Shown: positions 49,219-58,670 of the stretch, piece by piece
How positions within the stretch are numbered: the stretch's first letter is position 1
How the letters are laid out: every line of letters starts with the position of its first letter
NCBI GenBank assembly: GCA_050259835.1
Contig: JBLNBJ010000212.1
Span: 5,772 to 69,771, forward strand
Reading direction: 5' to 3'
Origin: Ignavibacteria bacterium
GTDB taxonomy: Bacteria; Pseudomonadota; Gammaproteobacteria; Burkholderiales; Rhodocyclaceae
DNA length: 64,000 nucleotides
Program-made: the position numbers and the translations under genes
The notes under the pieces: model-generated
The model's database searches: none
Told to the model about the DNA's origin: nothing
Seen by the model: only the letters and a program-made list of their open reading frames with translations

Positions 49219-52200
49219 TTAGTGTCCCATGGCCTTTATGGCCTTGGTGCGCACGACCTGCGTGACGTCATCTGCGCAGCCATTCTGCTCGGCCTTATCA
49301 AGAATACCGACGGCCTCGCTGGCCCTGTTCTGCGAAATCAGCCAGCGAGCTTCGTCGTTGTAGAACGCGGGATTCCGGCTGTTGGCGGAGATGCGTTCGC
49401 GCCGTAGGCGAGAGGCAGTCTCGCCGTCGCCAAGTTGTTCGAGGGCTATCGCTCGGACGGAGAGCGTAGAGTCGGTGGCGCTGCCCACTTGTTCCACTTG
49501 ATCGAGAATGGTGATTGCTTCAGAAGGTTTGCCTCGGTCTATGAGCCAGCGCGCTTCGTCATTGAAGAGCGCAGCATGGCGGCTGCCGGCGCTAATGCGT
49601 TCGCGCCGTAAGCGGGATGCGGCCTCGCCGTTTCCGAGGCGCTCAAGGGCAGTTACTCGGACGGTGTGCGTGAAGTCGTTGACGCAGCCGGCCCGTTCAG
49701 CCTGATCGAGAACCGCTGATGCTTCGCCGCTCTTGCCCTGATCGATGAGCCAGCGGGCATGGTCGTTGTAGAACGCGACGTGGCGGCTACCCGCTGCAAT
49801 ACGGTTGAGCCGCAAGCGCGAAGCTGCCTCTCCATCGCCAAGTTGCTCGAGACAGCTTGCTTGCACCGTCAAGACATGGTCGTTCAGCGCACTGGGGTTG
49901 CTCTCGGCTGCGACAGTTAGGGCATCGAGGAACTCTCGAATTGCCACTTCACCGGCCTCTTGGCTGGCACGTCCCCAGTCGGCCCAATAGGGGGGGAACC
50001 CAGGGTCAAGCATGCAAGCGCGGGCGAAGCACTCGCGGGCACGCGGACTAGCCCAGCTCTCCTCCTTGGCCCAGCATTCGCCGAGGAATCGCAGAACTCG
50101 ATGGTTGTCAGGCTGAAGTCGCGACCAGTAGTCGAGTACGATCCGGTTCTTGCGGTGTTCTCCGGCTTGTTGCAGATAAGCGGATAACCGGCCGAGTCTT
50201 TGTACTACACCACCCAGATTGCTACCAAGCAGTTCCTGCGCGATTTCGGATAGCCGCTCCGATTCGCCCGCAGCAGCAAGGTGGTGCAGCGCTTCGAGCG
50301 CGCGTTCGATGTTCGGTTGGGTTACCGTGTGGCGGCTCGCGAGTTGATCGAGCCAGCATTTGGCGATGAGGCTATGCGTTGCGGTAAGCGGCGAAACGCC
50401 AGCGGCGTCGTCGTCCAGCGACGTATCGCGGAGTTGGAGGCGACGCCATTCGGAGACGAATCCGTGCAGATAGAAGCGTTCCTGGCGGGCGTCAGTAGAA
50501 AGCAGGCAGCGCCGGAACAAGCTTTGCCAAGCCCCTGCGGCGTCGAGTTCCCTTTCAAGCCTCTCGATGTGGTCGTTAGGCAGCGCATGGCGGTAGAGCG
50601 CCACCGCATCGAGGAAACGGCGTTCCCCCTCAGTCAGCACGTTATCGTAGAGATCGGCGAGCAAGCCCTTTTCAACCTCCGCGACAGCTTCCTGGCGATG
50701 GCGCTTGAAGGTTTCCAGCGGCGATTCCTTGCGACCGAGGGCGACCTGCACCAGCAGGCGGCTTGCCAGGGGGTGGGCCTGGCCGCCGTGGTCGACGCCA
50801 AGCCAGCCGTGGAGCGCGCGCAGGTCGTTGCCGCCGTAGCGCCACAGTGCCGCCTCTCCGGGCGGCGCTTGGCTTTCCAGGTAGCGTGCGAGGCTCTCCC
50901 GCTTCAGGCCCGAAATCTCGCATTCCACTGTATCGCGGCCGAGCAACCCGGGCGGAGGACGCTCCCGCATTTCCAGCACGATTCGCCAGCGGCCGCCCCA
51001 AGCCTTCAAAATGCCAAGCAGCAGAGCGGACAAGGCCGTATCTCGCCAGACGCCGTTGTGCAACAAATGCTGGGCGTTCTCGATCCAAAGCCAGAGTGGC
51101 TGTGGATTCGGATAGCGCCGCTGAAGTTCGGCGGCGGTGGCTGCTGGGGTCTCCACGGTTGGAACGTCGGGAAGCTCCTCAGTTGCGCCCATTGTGTGCG
51201 CAAGGCTGCGAAATAGGTTGGAGGCTGTGGTGTCCGGCCAGGCCGATAGACGTATGGAGTCCGACCCTGCCAAGGGGGCGAGCCGCCCGAGTTCGGCAAT
51301 CACTGTGCTCTTACCGATGCCTCGCATGCCATAGATGACGGCCGCCGTTGCATTCGTCAGGTCTTGCGATACTCGCCCGAGCAACTCGTCGCGTCCGAAG
51401 ATGCCTCTGCTTTCCGGGCTGGCGGGGTTTTCCGGTGGCGTCGCAGGCGCGGCAACCGGCGCAGCCGCATTCGGAAAAGTGGCGTACGAACGCGGGTCGT
51501 CCGCAAGTCGACTCGCAATGCGGCGCGGCAGCGGAACCGGCCACACTCCACGTGGGGCATGTTCAGCTACTGAAGCCATCTTCCAGCCGCCCTCTGCGTG
51601 GTCGAAACGATGCAGATGTACTTTGCCAACCCCTACCAGGTCAAGGCGCACCAAGTTGAAGCCGAATTCCGGTGGTGTATCCGCGCAGAGTGCGCCAGCG
51701 CGAATGATGGCATGGTTAACCCCGGGCTGTACCCACGCATCATGGCTGTGACCGTGGAGCCAGAAATCGAAGCGCGTGGTCATGCGCTTTTCCACAATCT
51801 CCCGTTCGTATTCGTTAAACCAGTCGAACGGATGGTGGATGAGTCCGATGCGCACTTGGGCTTGCTGTATCGGCTCGGCCAAGCGGTTGAATTGCCATTC
51901 GGCGCCTAACCACAGATGGCGGTCATCCTCGGGACCGGCACAAGACCAGGCCGAGTTGAAGCCGGCAATGCCGACATCCAGGCCGCTGAGGTGGACGGTG
52001 CGCTCGTACACATGCCGACCTTCGGGGTCATTCAGATGTGGAAAATGTTCAGCAACAAAGGTGCCGTAAGCATCAAGGCGGGGAATGATGGTTTCCCATG
52101 TTCGGTTGCGGCGCTCGATGGCGGCGTCCAGCCCGGCGTGCTGTTTCCGGCAGTCCTTGGCCCAATTCCTCAAGGCGCTTTGCTGCAATGCCTCGACCTG

Positions 52201-52506
52201 GGTGCGGTCGATGTCATGGTTGCCCGGTACCAAGAACATACGCTTTTTGTCGCAACCGCAAACCTGGGCCAGCCGGGTGAAGAACTTGCCGGCAGTCTCG
52301 TACTGCAGCTTCAGCGATTCTTTCTCGGAGATCTCACCGAAGGCAATGTCACCCGTGCAGAACACCAAGTCCGGCTTCGTGCCCAGATGATTGAGTTCCC
52401 CAGTCAGGTAGTCGAGGAAGCGATCCTGAATGGCATTGTCCCGCCATGCATTGGCGGGACGGAAATGGATGTCCGACAGGTGCAGCCAAGTGAGTTCCGT
52501 CTTCAT
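49219..52506 (-). CDS. Calcineurin-like metallophosphoesterase - STAND P-loop NTPase - TPR-repeat protein (1095 aa)
   Basis: - ATG 52506 (MKTELTWLHLSDIHF); in-frame ATGs at 52554 and 52578 fall inside a hairpin and are less likely.
- Five phosphoesterase motifs in order: 'LSDIHF', 'GDIAFG', 'GNHD', 'HHPFDW', 'GHSHDAW'.
- Walker A 'GMRGIGKST'; Walker-B-like 'LWLWIEN'; NB-ARC-like 'ISGLKRESLARYL'.
- The C-terminal 400 aa are TPR-like and include three 68-aa tandem repeats.
- The upstream part of track ORF 49219..54429 is an out-of-frame read-through of lpdA. Confidence 0.8.
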   Translation of the reverse strand: MKTELTWLHLSDIHFRPANAWRDNAIQDRFLDYLTGELNHLGTKPDLVFCTGDIAFGEISEKESLKLQYETAGKFFTRLAQVCGCDKKRMFLVPGNHDIDRTQVEALQQSALRNWAKDCRKQHAGLDAAIERRNRTWETIIPRLDAYGTFVAEHFPHLNDPEGRHVYERTVHLSGLDVGIAGFNSAWSCAGPEDDRHLWLGAEWQFNRLAEPIQQAQVRIGLIHHPFDWFNEYEREIVEKRMTTRFDFWLHGHSHDAWVQPGVNHAIIRAGALCADTPPEFGFNLVRLDLVGVGKVHLHRFDHAEGGWKMASVAEHAPRGVWPVPLPRRIASRLADDPRSYATFPNAAAPVAAPATPPENPASPESRGIFGRDELLGRVSQDLTNATAAVIYGMRGIGKSTVIAELGRLAPLAGSDSIRLSAWPDTTASNLFRSLAHTMGATEELPDVPTVETPAATAAELQRRYPNPQPLWLWIENAQHLLHNGVWRDTALSALLLGILKAWGGRWRIVLEMRERPPPGLLGRDTVECEISGLKRESLARYLESQAPPGEAALWRYGGNDLRALHGWLGVDHGGQAHPLASRLLVQVALGRKESPLETFKRHRQEAVAEVEKGLLADLYDNVLTEGERRFLDAVALYRHALPNDHIERLERELDAAGAWQSLFRRCLLSTDARQERFYLHGFVSEWRRLQLRDTSLDDDAAGVSPLTATHSLIAKCWLDQLASRHTVTQPNIERALEALHHLAAAGESERLSEIAQELLGSNLGGVVQRLGRLSAYLQQAGEHRKNRIVLDYWSRLQPDNHRVLRFLGECWAKEESWASPRARECFARACMLDPGFPPYWADWGRASQEAGEVAIREFLDALTVAAESNPSALNDHVLTVQASCLEQLGDGEAASRLRLNRIAAGSRHVAFYNDHARWLIDQGKSGEASAVLDQAERAGCVNDFTHTVRVTALERLGNGEAASRLRRERISAGSRHAALFNDEARWLIDRGKPSEAITILDQVEQVGSATDSTLSVRAIALEQLGDGETASRLRRERISANSRNPAFYNDEARWLISQNRASEAVGILDKAEQNGCADDVTQVVRTKAIKAMGH
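49250..49865. repeat. Three tandem 204-nt (68-aa) coding repeats in the STAND protein C-terminus
   Basis: Anchor strings atgcgttcgcgccgtaggcg (49391), atgcgttcgcgccgtaagcg (49595) and atacggttgagccgcaagcg (49799) are exactly 204 nt apart. The peptide unit is ..LE.LG.GEAASRLRRERISAGSR.AAFYNDEARWLID.GK.SEA..ILDQ.E..G... Confidence 0.85.
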
Positions 52507-52548
52507 GGCGAGGGCGTGATTCAGATTGCCGTCGATGATGCCATGAAA

Positions 52549-52583
52549 CGCCATGACGGCGAGATGGCTCGCCGCCATGACCG
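52549..52583 (-). terminator. Hairpin between the lpdA stop and the STAND gene start (possible PDH-operon terminator/attenuator)
   Basis: Arms cgccatgacggcgag / ctcgccgccatgaccg form about 11 bp with one mismatch and a 4-nt loop. The trailing U-tract on the minus strand is weak (GUUUCAU). Confidence 0.3.
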
Positions 52584-52592
52584 CCAAGCACG

Positions 52593-54383
52593 CTACTTCT
52601 TCCGCGGCGGCGGCAGGTCGGTGCAGCTGCCTTCCGCCACTTCGGCCGTGAGGCCGATGGACTCGCCCAGCGTGGGGTGGGGGTGGATAGTCTTGCCGAT
52701 GTCGACGGCATCGCAGCCCATCTCGATCGCCAGCGCCACTTCGCCGATCATGTCGCCGGCGTTGGGGCCGACGATGCTGCCGCCGACGACGCGATGCGTC
52801 TCCTCGTCGAACACCAGCTTGGTGAAGCCGTATTCGGCGCCGTTGGCGATGGCGCGCCCGGAGGCCGCCCAGGGGAACTTCGCCGCGCTGACCTTGCGGC
52901 CCTGCGCCTTCGCCTCGTCCTCGCCCAGTCCGACCCAGGCGACTTCGGGGTTCGTGTAAGCGACGCCGGGGATCACCTGCGCATCGAAATGGCTCTTCTC
53001 GCCGGCCGCAGCTTCGGCGGCGACATGCGCCTCGTGCACCGCCTTGTGCGCCAGCATCGGGTTGCCGACGATGTCGCCGATGGCGAAGATGTGCGGGACG
53101 TTCGTGCGCATCTGGCTGTCTACGCCGATGAAGCCGCGCTCGTCCACCGCCACGCCCGCCTTGTCGGCGTCGATCTTGCGGCCGTTGGGGCTGCGCCCGG
53201 CGGACTGCAGGATCATGTCGTAGCGCTGCGGCTCGGCCGGGGCGTTCTCGCCTTCGAACTTCACCCAGAGGCCGTCGTCCTTCGCATCCACGGCGACGGT
53301 CTTGGTCTTGAGCATGATCTTGTCGAAGCGATGAGCGTTCTGCTTCTCCCAGACCTTCACCAGGTCGCGATCCGGTCCCTGCATCAGGCGGTTGAGCATC
53401 TCGACGACGTCGACCTTGGCGCCGAGGGTCGAATAGACCGTCGCCATTTCCAGGCCGATGATGCCGCCGCCGATGACCAGCAGTCGTTGCGGCTTGCCGC
53501 GCAGTTCCAGCGCACCGGTGGAATCGACGATACGCGGGTCTTTGGGCAGGAAGGGCAGATGCACGGCCGCGGAGCCCGCGGCGATGATGCACTTCTGGAA
53601 GCGCACCACCTTCTTCGCGCCGGTCTTCTCCTGCGCGCCGCCCGTCGTCTCCTCGACTTCGAGATGACGGGCATCGAGGAAGTGGCCGTAACCGCGCACC
53701 ACATCCACCTTGCGCGCCTTCGCCATGCCGGCGAGACCGCCGGTGAGCTTGCCGACGACCCTGGCCTTGTGGGCGCGCAGCTTGTCGATATCGACTTGCG
53801 GCGCGGCGAACGAAACGCCGAGATCGGCCATGTGCGCCGTCTCGTCCATCACCGCGGTCACGTGCAGCAGCGCCTTCGAGGGAATGCAGCCGACGTTGAG
53901 GCAAACGCCGCCCAGCGTCCCGTAGCGCTCGACCAGCACCGTCTTCATGCCGAGGTCGGCGCTGCGAAACGCAGCCGAGTAGCCGCCGGGACCGGCGCCG
54001 AGCACCAGCATGTCGGTCTCGATGTCGGCCTTGCCGGAATAGCTGCCGGCCGCCATGGGAGCCGGCGGGCGCGCTGCGGGCGTCGGCGCCGACAGCGGTG
54101 CCGTGGCCGGCTGCGGCCTGGCCTCGGGCGCGGCGGGCGCGGCTGCGGCGCCGGCGGCGTCGAGCACCACGATGACGCTGCCTTCGGAGACCTTGTCGCC
54201 CAGCTTGACCTTCACTTCCTTCACCGTGCCGGCGGAGGGCGCCGGCACGTCCATGGTCGCCTTGTCCGATTCCAGCGTGACGAGCGAATCCTCGGCATTG
54301 ACCGCGTCGCCCGGCTTGACGTGGATCTCGATGACCGGGACTTCCTTGAAGTCGCCGATGTCCGGTACCTTGACTTCGCTCAT
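52593..54383 (-). CDS. lpdA: Dihydrolipoyl dehydrogenase (E3) with N-terminal lipoyl domain
   Basis: ATG 54383 ([12 protein letters not shown]...[12 protein letters not shown], a lipoyl domain). Then '[10 protein letters not shown]', the redox disulfide '[13 protein letters not shown]', and 'HPHPTLGE'. ATGA overlap with aceF. Confidence 0.95.
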   Translation of the reverse strand: MSEVKVPDIGDFKEVPVIEIHVKPGDAVNAEDSLVTLESDKATMDVPAPSAGTVKEVKVKLGDKVSEGSVIVVLDAAGAAAAPAAPEARPQPATAPLSAPTPAARPPAPMAAGSYSGKADIETDMLVLGAGPGGYSAAFRSADLGMKTVLVERYGTLGGVCLNVGCIPSKALLHVTAVMDETAHMADLGVSFAAPQVDIDKLRAHKARVVGKLTGGLAGMAKARKVDVVRGYGHFLDARHLEVEETTGGAQEKTGAKKVVRFQKCIIAAGSAAVHLPFLPKDPRIVDSTGALELRGKPQRLLVIGGGIIGLEMATVYSTLGAKVDVVEMLNRLMQGPDRDLVKVWEKQNAHRFDKIMLKTKTVAVDAKDDGLWVKFEGENAPAEPQRYDMILQSAGRSPNGRKIDADKAGVAVDERGFIGVDSQMRTNVPHIFAIGDIVGNPMLAHKAVHEAHVAAEAAAGEKSHFDAQVIPGVAYTNPEVAWVGLGEDEAKAQGRKVSAAKFPWAASGRAIANGAEYGFTKLVFDEETHRVVGGSIVGPNAGDMIGEVALAIEMGCDAVDIGKTIHPHPTLGESIGLTAEVAEGSCTDLPPPRKK

Positions 54384-55777
54384 AGCTCGGTCCTCCGGAA
54401 GTCGGCCAGCAACTGCGCGAGGTAGGCATTGAAGCGCGTCGCCAGCGCGCCGTCGACGACGCGGTGGTCGGCGGAGAGCGACAGCGGCACCATCAGGCGC
54501 GGCACGAAAGCCTTGCCGTCCCACACCGGCTTCATCGCCGAGCGCGAGACTCCGAGGATGGCGACTTCAGGCGCGTTGACGATGGGCGAGAAGGCGGTGC
54601 CGCCCAAGCCGCCGACGCTGGAGATCGTGAAGCTCGCGCCCTGCATCTCGGCCGGACCGAGCTTGCCGTCGCGTGCCTTCTTCGACAGCTCCGCCGTCTC
54701 CTTGGCGATCTCGAGCACGCCCTTCTGGTCGGCGTTCTTCAGCACCGGCACGACCAGGCCGTTCGGCGTGTCGGCGGCGAAACCGATGTGCCAATAGCGC
54801 TTGAGCACCAGTTCGTCGCCGTCGAGCGAACTGTTGAGTTCGGGGAATTTCTTGAGCGCGGCGACCACCGCCTTGATGATGAAGGCGAGCATGGTCAGCT
54901 TGATGCCGGCCTTCTCGTTCTCCTTGTTGAGCTGGACGCGGAAGGCTTCCAGCTCGGTGATGTCGGCCTCCTCGTGATACGTGACCGCCGGGATCATCAC
55001 CCAGTTGCGCGCCAGGTTCGGTCCGGAAAGCTTCTTGATGCGCGACAGCGGCTGGCGTTCGATGGCGCCGAACTTGGCGAAGTCCACCTGGGGCCAGGGC
55101 AGAAGATTGAATCCGCCGCCGAGCGGGGCGCCGGCGGCCGGTGCAGCGGTGCCGCCGGACAGCACGCCCTTGACGTAGGCCTGCACGTCGGCTTGGGTGA
55201 TGCGGTTCTTCGGGCCGGTGCCCTTGACCTTGGCGACGTCGACGCCGAGTTCGCGCGCGAACCGGCGCACCGAGGGGCTCGCGTGCGATTTGCGTCCGTC
55301 GCTCGCTTCGATCAGTTCGGCGGGCGAAGGCATGTGGATGTCGGGCGGCGCGACCGTCGGTTCGGATTCGGTCGGCCGGAAGTCCTCCTGCAGTCGCGGC
55401 GCCGCCTGGGGTGCCGCCGCGACGGCCGCGCGCGCGGCCTCCGGGGACGGCGTCGCGGGCGGGGGCACCGCGGGCGCGGCGGCCTGCCTCGGGGCTTCCG
55501 CCGCCTTGGCGGGTTCGGCGGCGACAGCCCGCGCACCGGCCGCTTCCAGCAGGACGATCACTGCGCCCTCGGAGACCTTGTCGCCGATCTTGACCTTCAC
55601 TTCCTTCACGACGCCGGCGGACGGCGCCGGCACGTCCATCGTGGCCTTGTCCGACTCCAGCGTGACCAGCGAGTCCTCCGCGTTCACGCTGTCGCCGGGC
55701 TTGATCTGGATCTCGATGACGGGGACATCCTTGAAGTCGCCGATGTCGGGTACTTTCACCTCCGTAATGGCGGCCAT
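54380..55777 (-). CDS. aceF: Dihydrolipoamide acetyltransferase (PDH E2)
   Basis: Lipoyl domain ('[13 protein letters not shown]'), E3-binding domain ('[15 protein letters not shown]') and the catalytic 'SADHRVVDG'. Confidence 0.95.
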   Translation of the reverse strand: MAAITEVKVPDIGDFKDVPVIEIQIKPGDSVNAEDSLVTLESDKATMDVPAPSAGVVKEVKVKIGDKVSEGAVIVLLEAAGARAVAAEPAKAAEAPRQAAAPAVPPPATPSPEAARAAVAAAPQAAPRLQEDFRPTESEPTVAPPDIHMPSPAELIEASDGRKSHASPSVRRFARELGVDVAKVKGTGPKNRITQADVQAYVKGVLSGGTAAPAAGAPLGGGFNLLPWPQVDFAKFGAIERQPLSRIKKLSGPNLARNWVMIPAVTYHEEADITELEAFRVQLNKENEKAGIKLTMLAFIIKAVVAALKKFPELNSSLDGDELVLKRYWHIGFAADTPNGLVVPVLKNADQKGVLEIAKETAELSKKARDGKLGPAEMQGASFTISSVGGLGGTAFSPIVNAPEVAILGVSRSAMKPVWDGKAFVPRLMVPLSLSADHRVVDGALATRFNAYLAQLLADFRRTEL

Positions 55778-55780
55778 GGT

Positions 55781-58480
55781 TTACACCTTCAAGGGGTTGG
55801 GCTTATTGGGATCAAGGCCGTACTTGCTCACGGCTTCGGCTGCCTTGCTCTTGTCGATCTGGCCCTCGCTCGCCAGCGCGCGCAGCGCGGCGACCGTGAT
55901 CCAGCGACGGTCCACCTCGAAGAAGTGCCGCAGGTTCTCGCGCGTGTCCGAACGGCCGAAGCCGTCGGTGCCAAGCACGGTGTAGCGACCTGGCACGTAG
56001 GGGCGCACCTGCTCGGCGAACAGCCGCATGTAGTCGGTCGACGCGATCACCGGGCCGGTCGTGTCCTTGAGCAGCGTCGTGATGTGCGGCACCCGCGGCG
56101 GATCGGCCGGGTGTAGCAGATTCCAGCGCTCGCAGTCCTGGCCGTTGCGCGCGAGCTCGGTGAAGCTGGGGCACGACCACAGGTCGGCCTCCACGCCCCA
56201 ATCGTTCTTCAGCAGCTCGGCGGCCGCCATGGCCTCGCGGAAGATCACGCCCGAACCGAGCAGCTGCACGCGCGGGCCCTTGCTCTCGCCGCCCTTGCGG
56301 AACGAATACATGCCCTTGAGGATCGCCTGCTCGACGCTCCCGTTGTCAGATGAGGGCATGGCGGGATGCTCGTAGTTCTCGTTCATCACCGTCAGGTAGT
56401 AGAAGACGTCCTCCTGTTCGGCGATCATCCGGCGCAGGCCGTCCTGCACGATGACGGCGACCTCGTAGGCGAAGCTCGGGTCGTAGGAAACGCAATTCGG
56501 CACGGCGGCCGAGAGCACGTGCGAATGGCCGTCTTCGTGCTGCAGACCCTCTCCGTTGAGCGTGGTGCGCCCGGCGGTGCCGCCGATCAGGAAGCCGCGC
56601 GCGCGCTGGTCAGCGGCGGCCCAGACGAGGTCCATCGTTCGCTGCAGACCGAACATGGAGTAGAAGACGTAGACCGGAATGGTCTGCACGCCGTGGGTCG
56701 AATAGGACGTCGCGGCGGCGATCCAGTCGGCCATGGCGCCGGCTTCGTTGATGCCTTCCTGCAGGATCTGACCGGTCTTCATCTCCTTGTAGAACATCAG
56801 CTGGTCGGCGTCCTGCGGCACGTACTTCTGGCCTTCCTGGTTCCAGATGCCGATCTGGCGGAACAGGCCTTCCATGCCGAAGGTGCGCGATTCGTCGACG
56901 ACGATCGGCACCATGCGCTTGCCTAGATGTTTGTCGCGCAGCAGCGTGCTGAGGATGCGCACGAAGGCCATCGTGGTGGAGAACTCGCGGCCTTCGCCGG
57001 AAGCCTTCAACTGCGCGTCGAACGCCGAGAGATCGGGCACCGGCAGCGGTTCGACCTTGCGGCGGCGCGACGGCAGGTAGCCGCCGAGCGCCATGCGCCG
57101 CTCGCGCAGGTAGTTGAGCTCAGGCGAGCCTTCCTCGAACTTCAGATAGGGCAGCTTTTCGAGATCGGCGTCCGAGATCGGCAGCTTGAAGCGGTCGCGG
57201 AAGGCGGCCACCGAGGTCGTGCCCATCTTCTTCTGCTGGTGGGTGATGTTCTGCGCTTCGCCCGAGACGCCCATGCCGTAGCCTTTGATCGTCTTGGCGA
57301 GGATCACCGTCGGCTGGCCCTTGTGCTTGACCGCGGCATCATAGGCCGCGTAGATCTTGTGCGGATCGTGGCCGCCGCGATTGAGGCGCCAGATGTCGTC
57401 GTCCGACCAGTTGGCGACCATGGCCTTGAGTTCCGGCGTGTTGAAGAAGTGCTCGCGCACGTAGGCGCCGTCCTTCGACTTGAAGGTCTGGTAGTCGCCG
57501 TCGATGCACTCCATCATGCGGCGACGCAGGTGGCCGTTCTTGTCCTGCGCCAGCAGCGGATCCCAGTAGCCGCCCCAGATCAGCTTGATCACGTTCCAGC
57601 CCGCGCCGCGGAAATCCGATTCGAGTTCCTGGATGATCTTCCCGTTGCCGCGCACCGGCCCGTCGAGCCGCTGCAGGTTGCAGTTGACGACCAGGATCAG
57701 GTTGTCGAGCTTCTCGCGCCCGGCCATGCCGATCGCGCCCATCGACTCGGGTTCGTCCATCTCGCCGTCGCCGGTGTACATCCAGACCTTGCGGCCTTCG
57801 GTGTTCGCCAGCCCGCGGTCGTGCAGGTACTTCATGTAGCGCGCCTGGTAGATCGCCTGGATCGGGCCGAGGCCCATCGACACCGTAGGGAACTGCCAGA
57901 AGTCGGGCATCAGCCAGGGATGCGGATAGGAAGGCACGCCGCGGCCCGCGGTTTCGCGGCGGAAGTTGTCGAGCTGCTCTTCGGTGAGGCGGCCGAGCAG
58001 GAAGGCGCGGGCGTAGATGCCAGGCGACGAATGGCCCTGGAAGAATACGAGGTCGCCGCCGTGCTCGTCGGACGGGGCATGCCAGAAGTGATTGAAGCCG
58101 ACGTCGTAGAGCGTCGCCGCCGAGGCGAAGCTCGCGATGTGGCCGCCGAGATGCGAGTCGTCCTGGTTCGCGCGCAGCACCATCGCCATGGCGTTCCAGC
58201 GGATGTAGGCGCGGATGCGGTTCTCGATCTGGTAATCGCCGGGTGCCCGCACCTGGCGGTCGGCCGGGATCGTATTGACGTAGTCGGTGGTCGCGCTGTA
58301 CGGCATGTTGATGCCGGCGCGCCGCGCCTGGTCGATCAGGCTTTCGATGAGGGAATGGGCGCGCTCGGCGCCTTCTTCGGTGATCACCGCATCGAGGGCG
58401 TCGAGCCACTCGCGGGTTTCCTGGGGATCGGGATCCTGGTCAGGCGCGGCCGTGTCCAGGCCGGGGGGCTGGGCAGACAT
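55781..58480 (-). CDS. aceE: Pyruvate dehydrogenase E1 component (homodimeric type)
   Basis: ATG 58480 is preceded by GGAGGAG. 'ETREWLDALDAV', 'GGHIASFASAA', 'GDGEMDEPES'. 899 aa. Confidence 0.95.
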   Translation of the reverse strand: MSAQPPGLDTAAPDQDPDPQETREWLDALDAVITEEGAERAHSLIESLIDQARRAGINMPYSATTDYVNTIPADRQVRAPGDYQIENRIRAYIRWNAMAMVLRANQDDSHLGGHIASFASAATLYDVGFNHFWHAPSDEHGGDLVFFQGHSSPGIYARAFLLGRLTEEQLDNFRRETAGRGVPSYPHPWLMPDFWQFPTVSMGLGPIQAIYQARYMKYLHDRGLANTEGRKVWMYTGDGEMDEPESMGAIGMAGREKLDNLILVVNCNLQRLDGPVRGNGKIIQELESDFRGAGWNVIKLIWGGYWDPLLAQDKNGHLRRRMMECIDGDYQTFKSKDGAYVREHFFNTPELKAMVANWSDDDIWRLNRGGHDPHKIYAAYDAAVKHKGQPTVILAKTIKGYGMGVSGEAQNITHQQKKMGTTSVAAFRDRFKLPISDADLEKLPYLKFEEGSPELNYLRERRMALGGYLPSRRRKVEPLPVPDLSAFDAQLKASGEGREFSTTMAFVRILSTLLRDKHLGKRMVPIVVDESRTFGMEGLFRQIGIWNQEGQKYVPQDADQLMFYKEMKTGQILQEGINEAGAMADWIAAATSYSTHGVQTIPVYVFYSMFGLQRTMDLVWAAADQRARGFLIGGTAGRTTLNGEGLQHEDGHSHVLSAAVPNCVSYDPSFAYEVAVIVQDGLRRMIAEQEDVFYYLTVMNENYEHPAMPSSDNGSVEQAILKGMYSFRKGGESKGPRVQLLGSGVIFREAMAAAELLKNDWGVEADLWSCPSFTELARNGQDCERWNLLHPADPPRVPHITTLLKDTTGPVIASTDYMRLFAEQVRPYVPGRYTVLGTDGFGRSDTRENLRHFFEVDRRWITVAALRALASEGQIDKSKAAEAVSKYGLDPNKPNPLKV

Positions 58481-58670
58481 TTGTCGTCTCCTCCGTTGAG
58501 GCACGTCCGGAAACCGCCGGATGACGGCGGAATTCCAGAACGTCCTGCGTTGTTATTAAGGCCCGCTGTTGGCGGACCGGTTCCCACAGATTAGACCGGC
58601 AGGGTAAGCCGGCTGACCTGTGTCATTCCGCATTGTAAGAGAACGCACCACAATGCGCAATACCTCGGGC

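Noticed and set aside
49219-54429. 1736-aa track ORF that seems to fuse the STAND protein with a very large N-terminal extension
   Set aside because: The part upstream of 52506 runs through lpdA (52593..54383) in a different frame. It has Arg/Gly/Ala-rich nonsense composition. lpdA shows clear E3 motifs in its own frame, so this is a high-GC read-through artefact.
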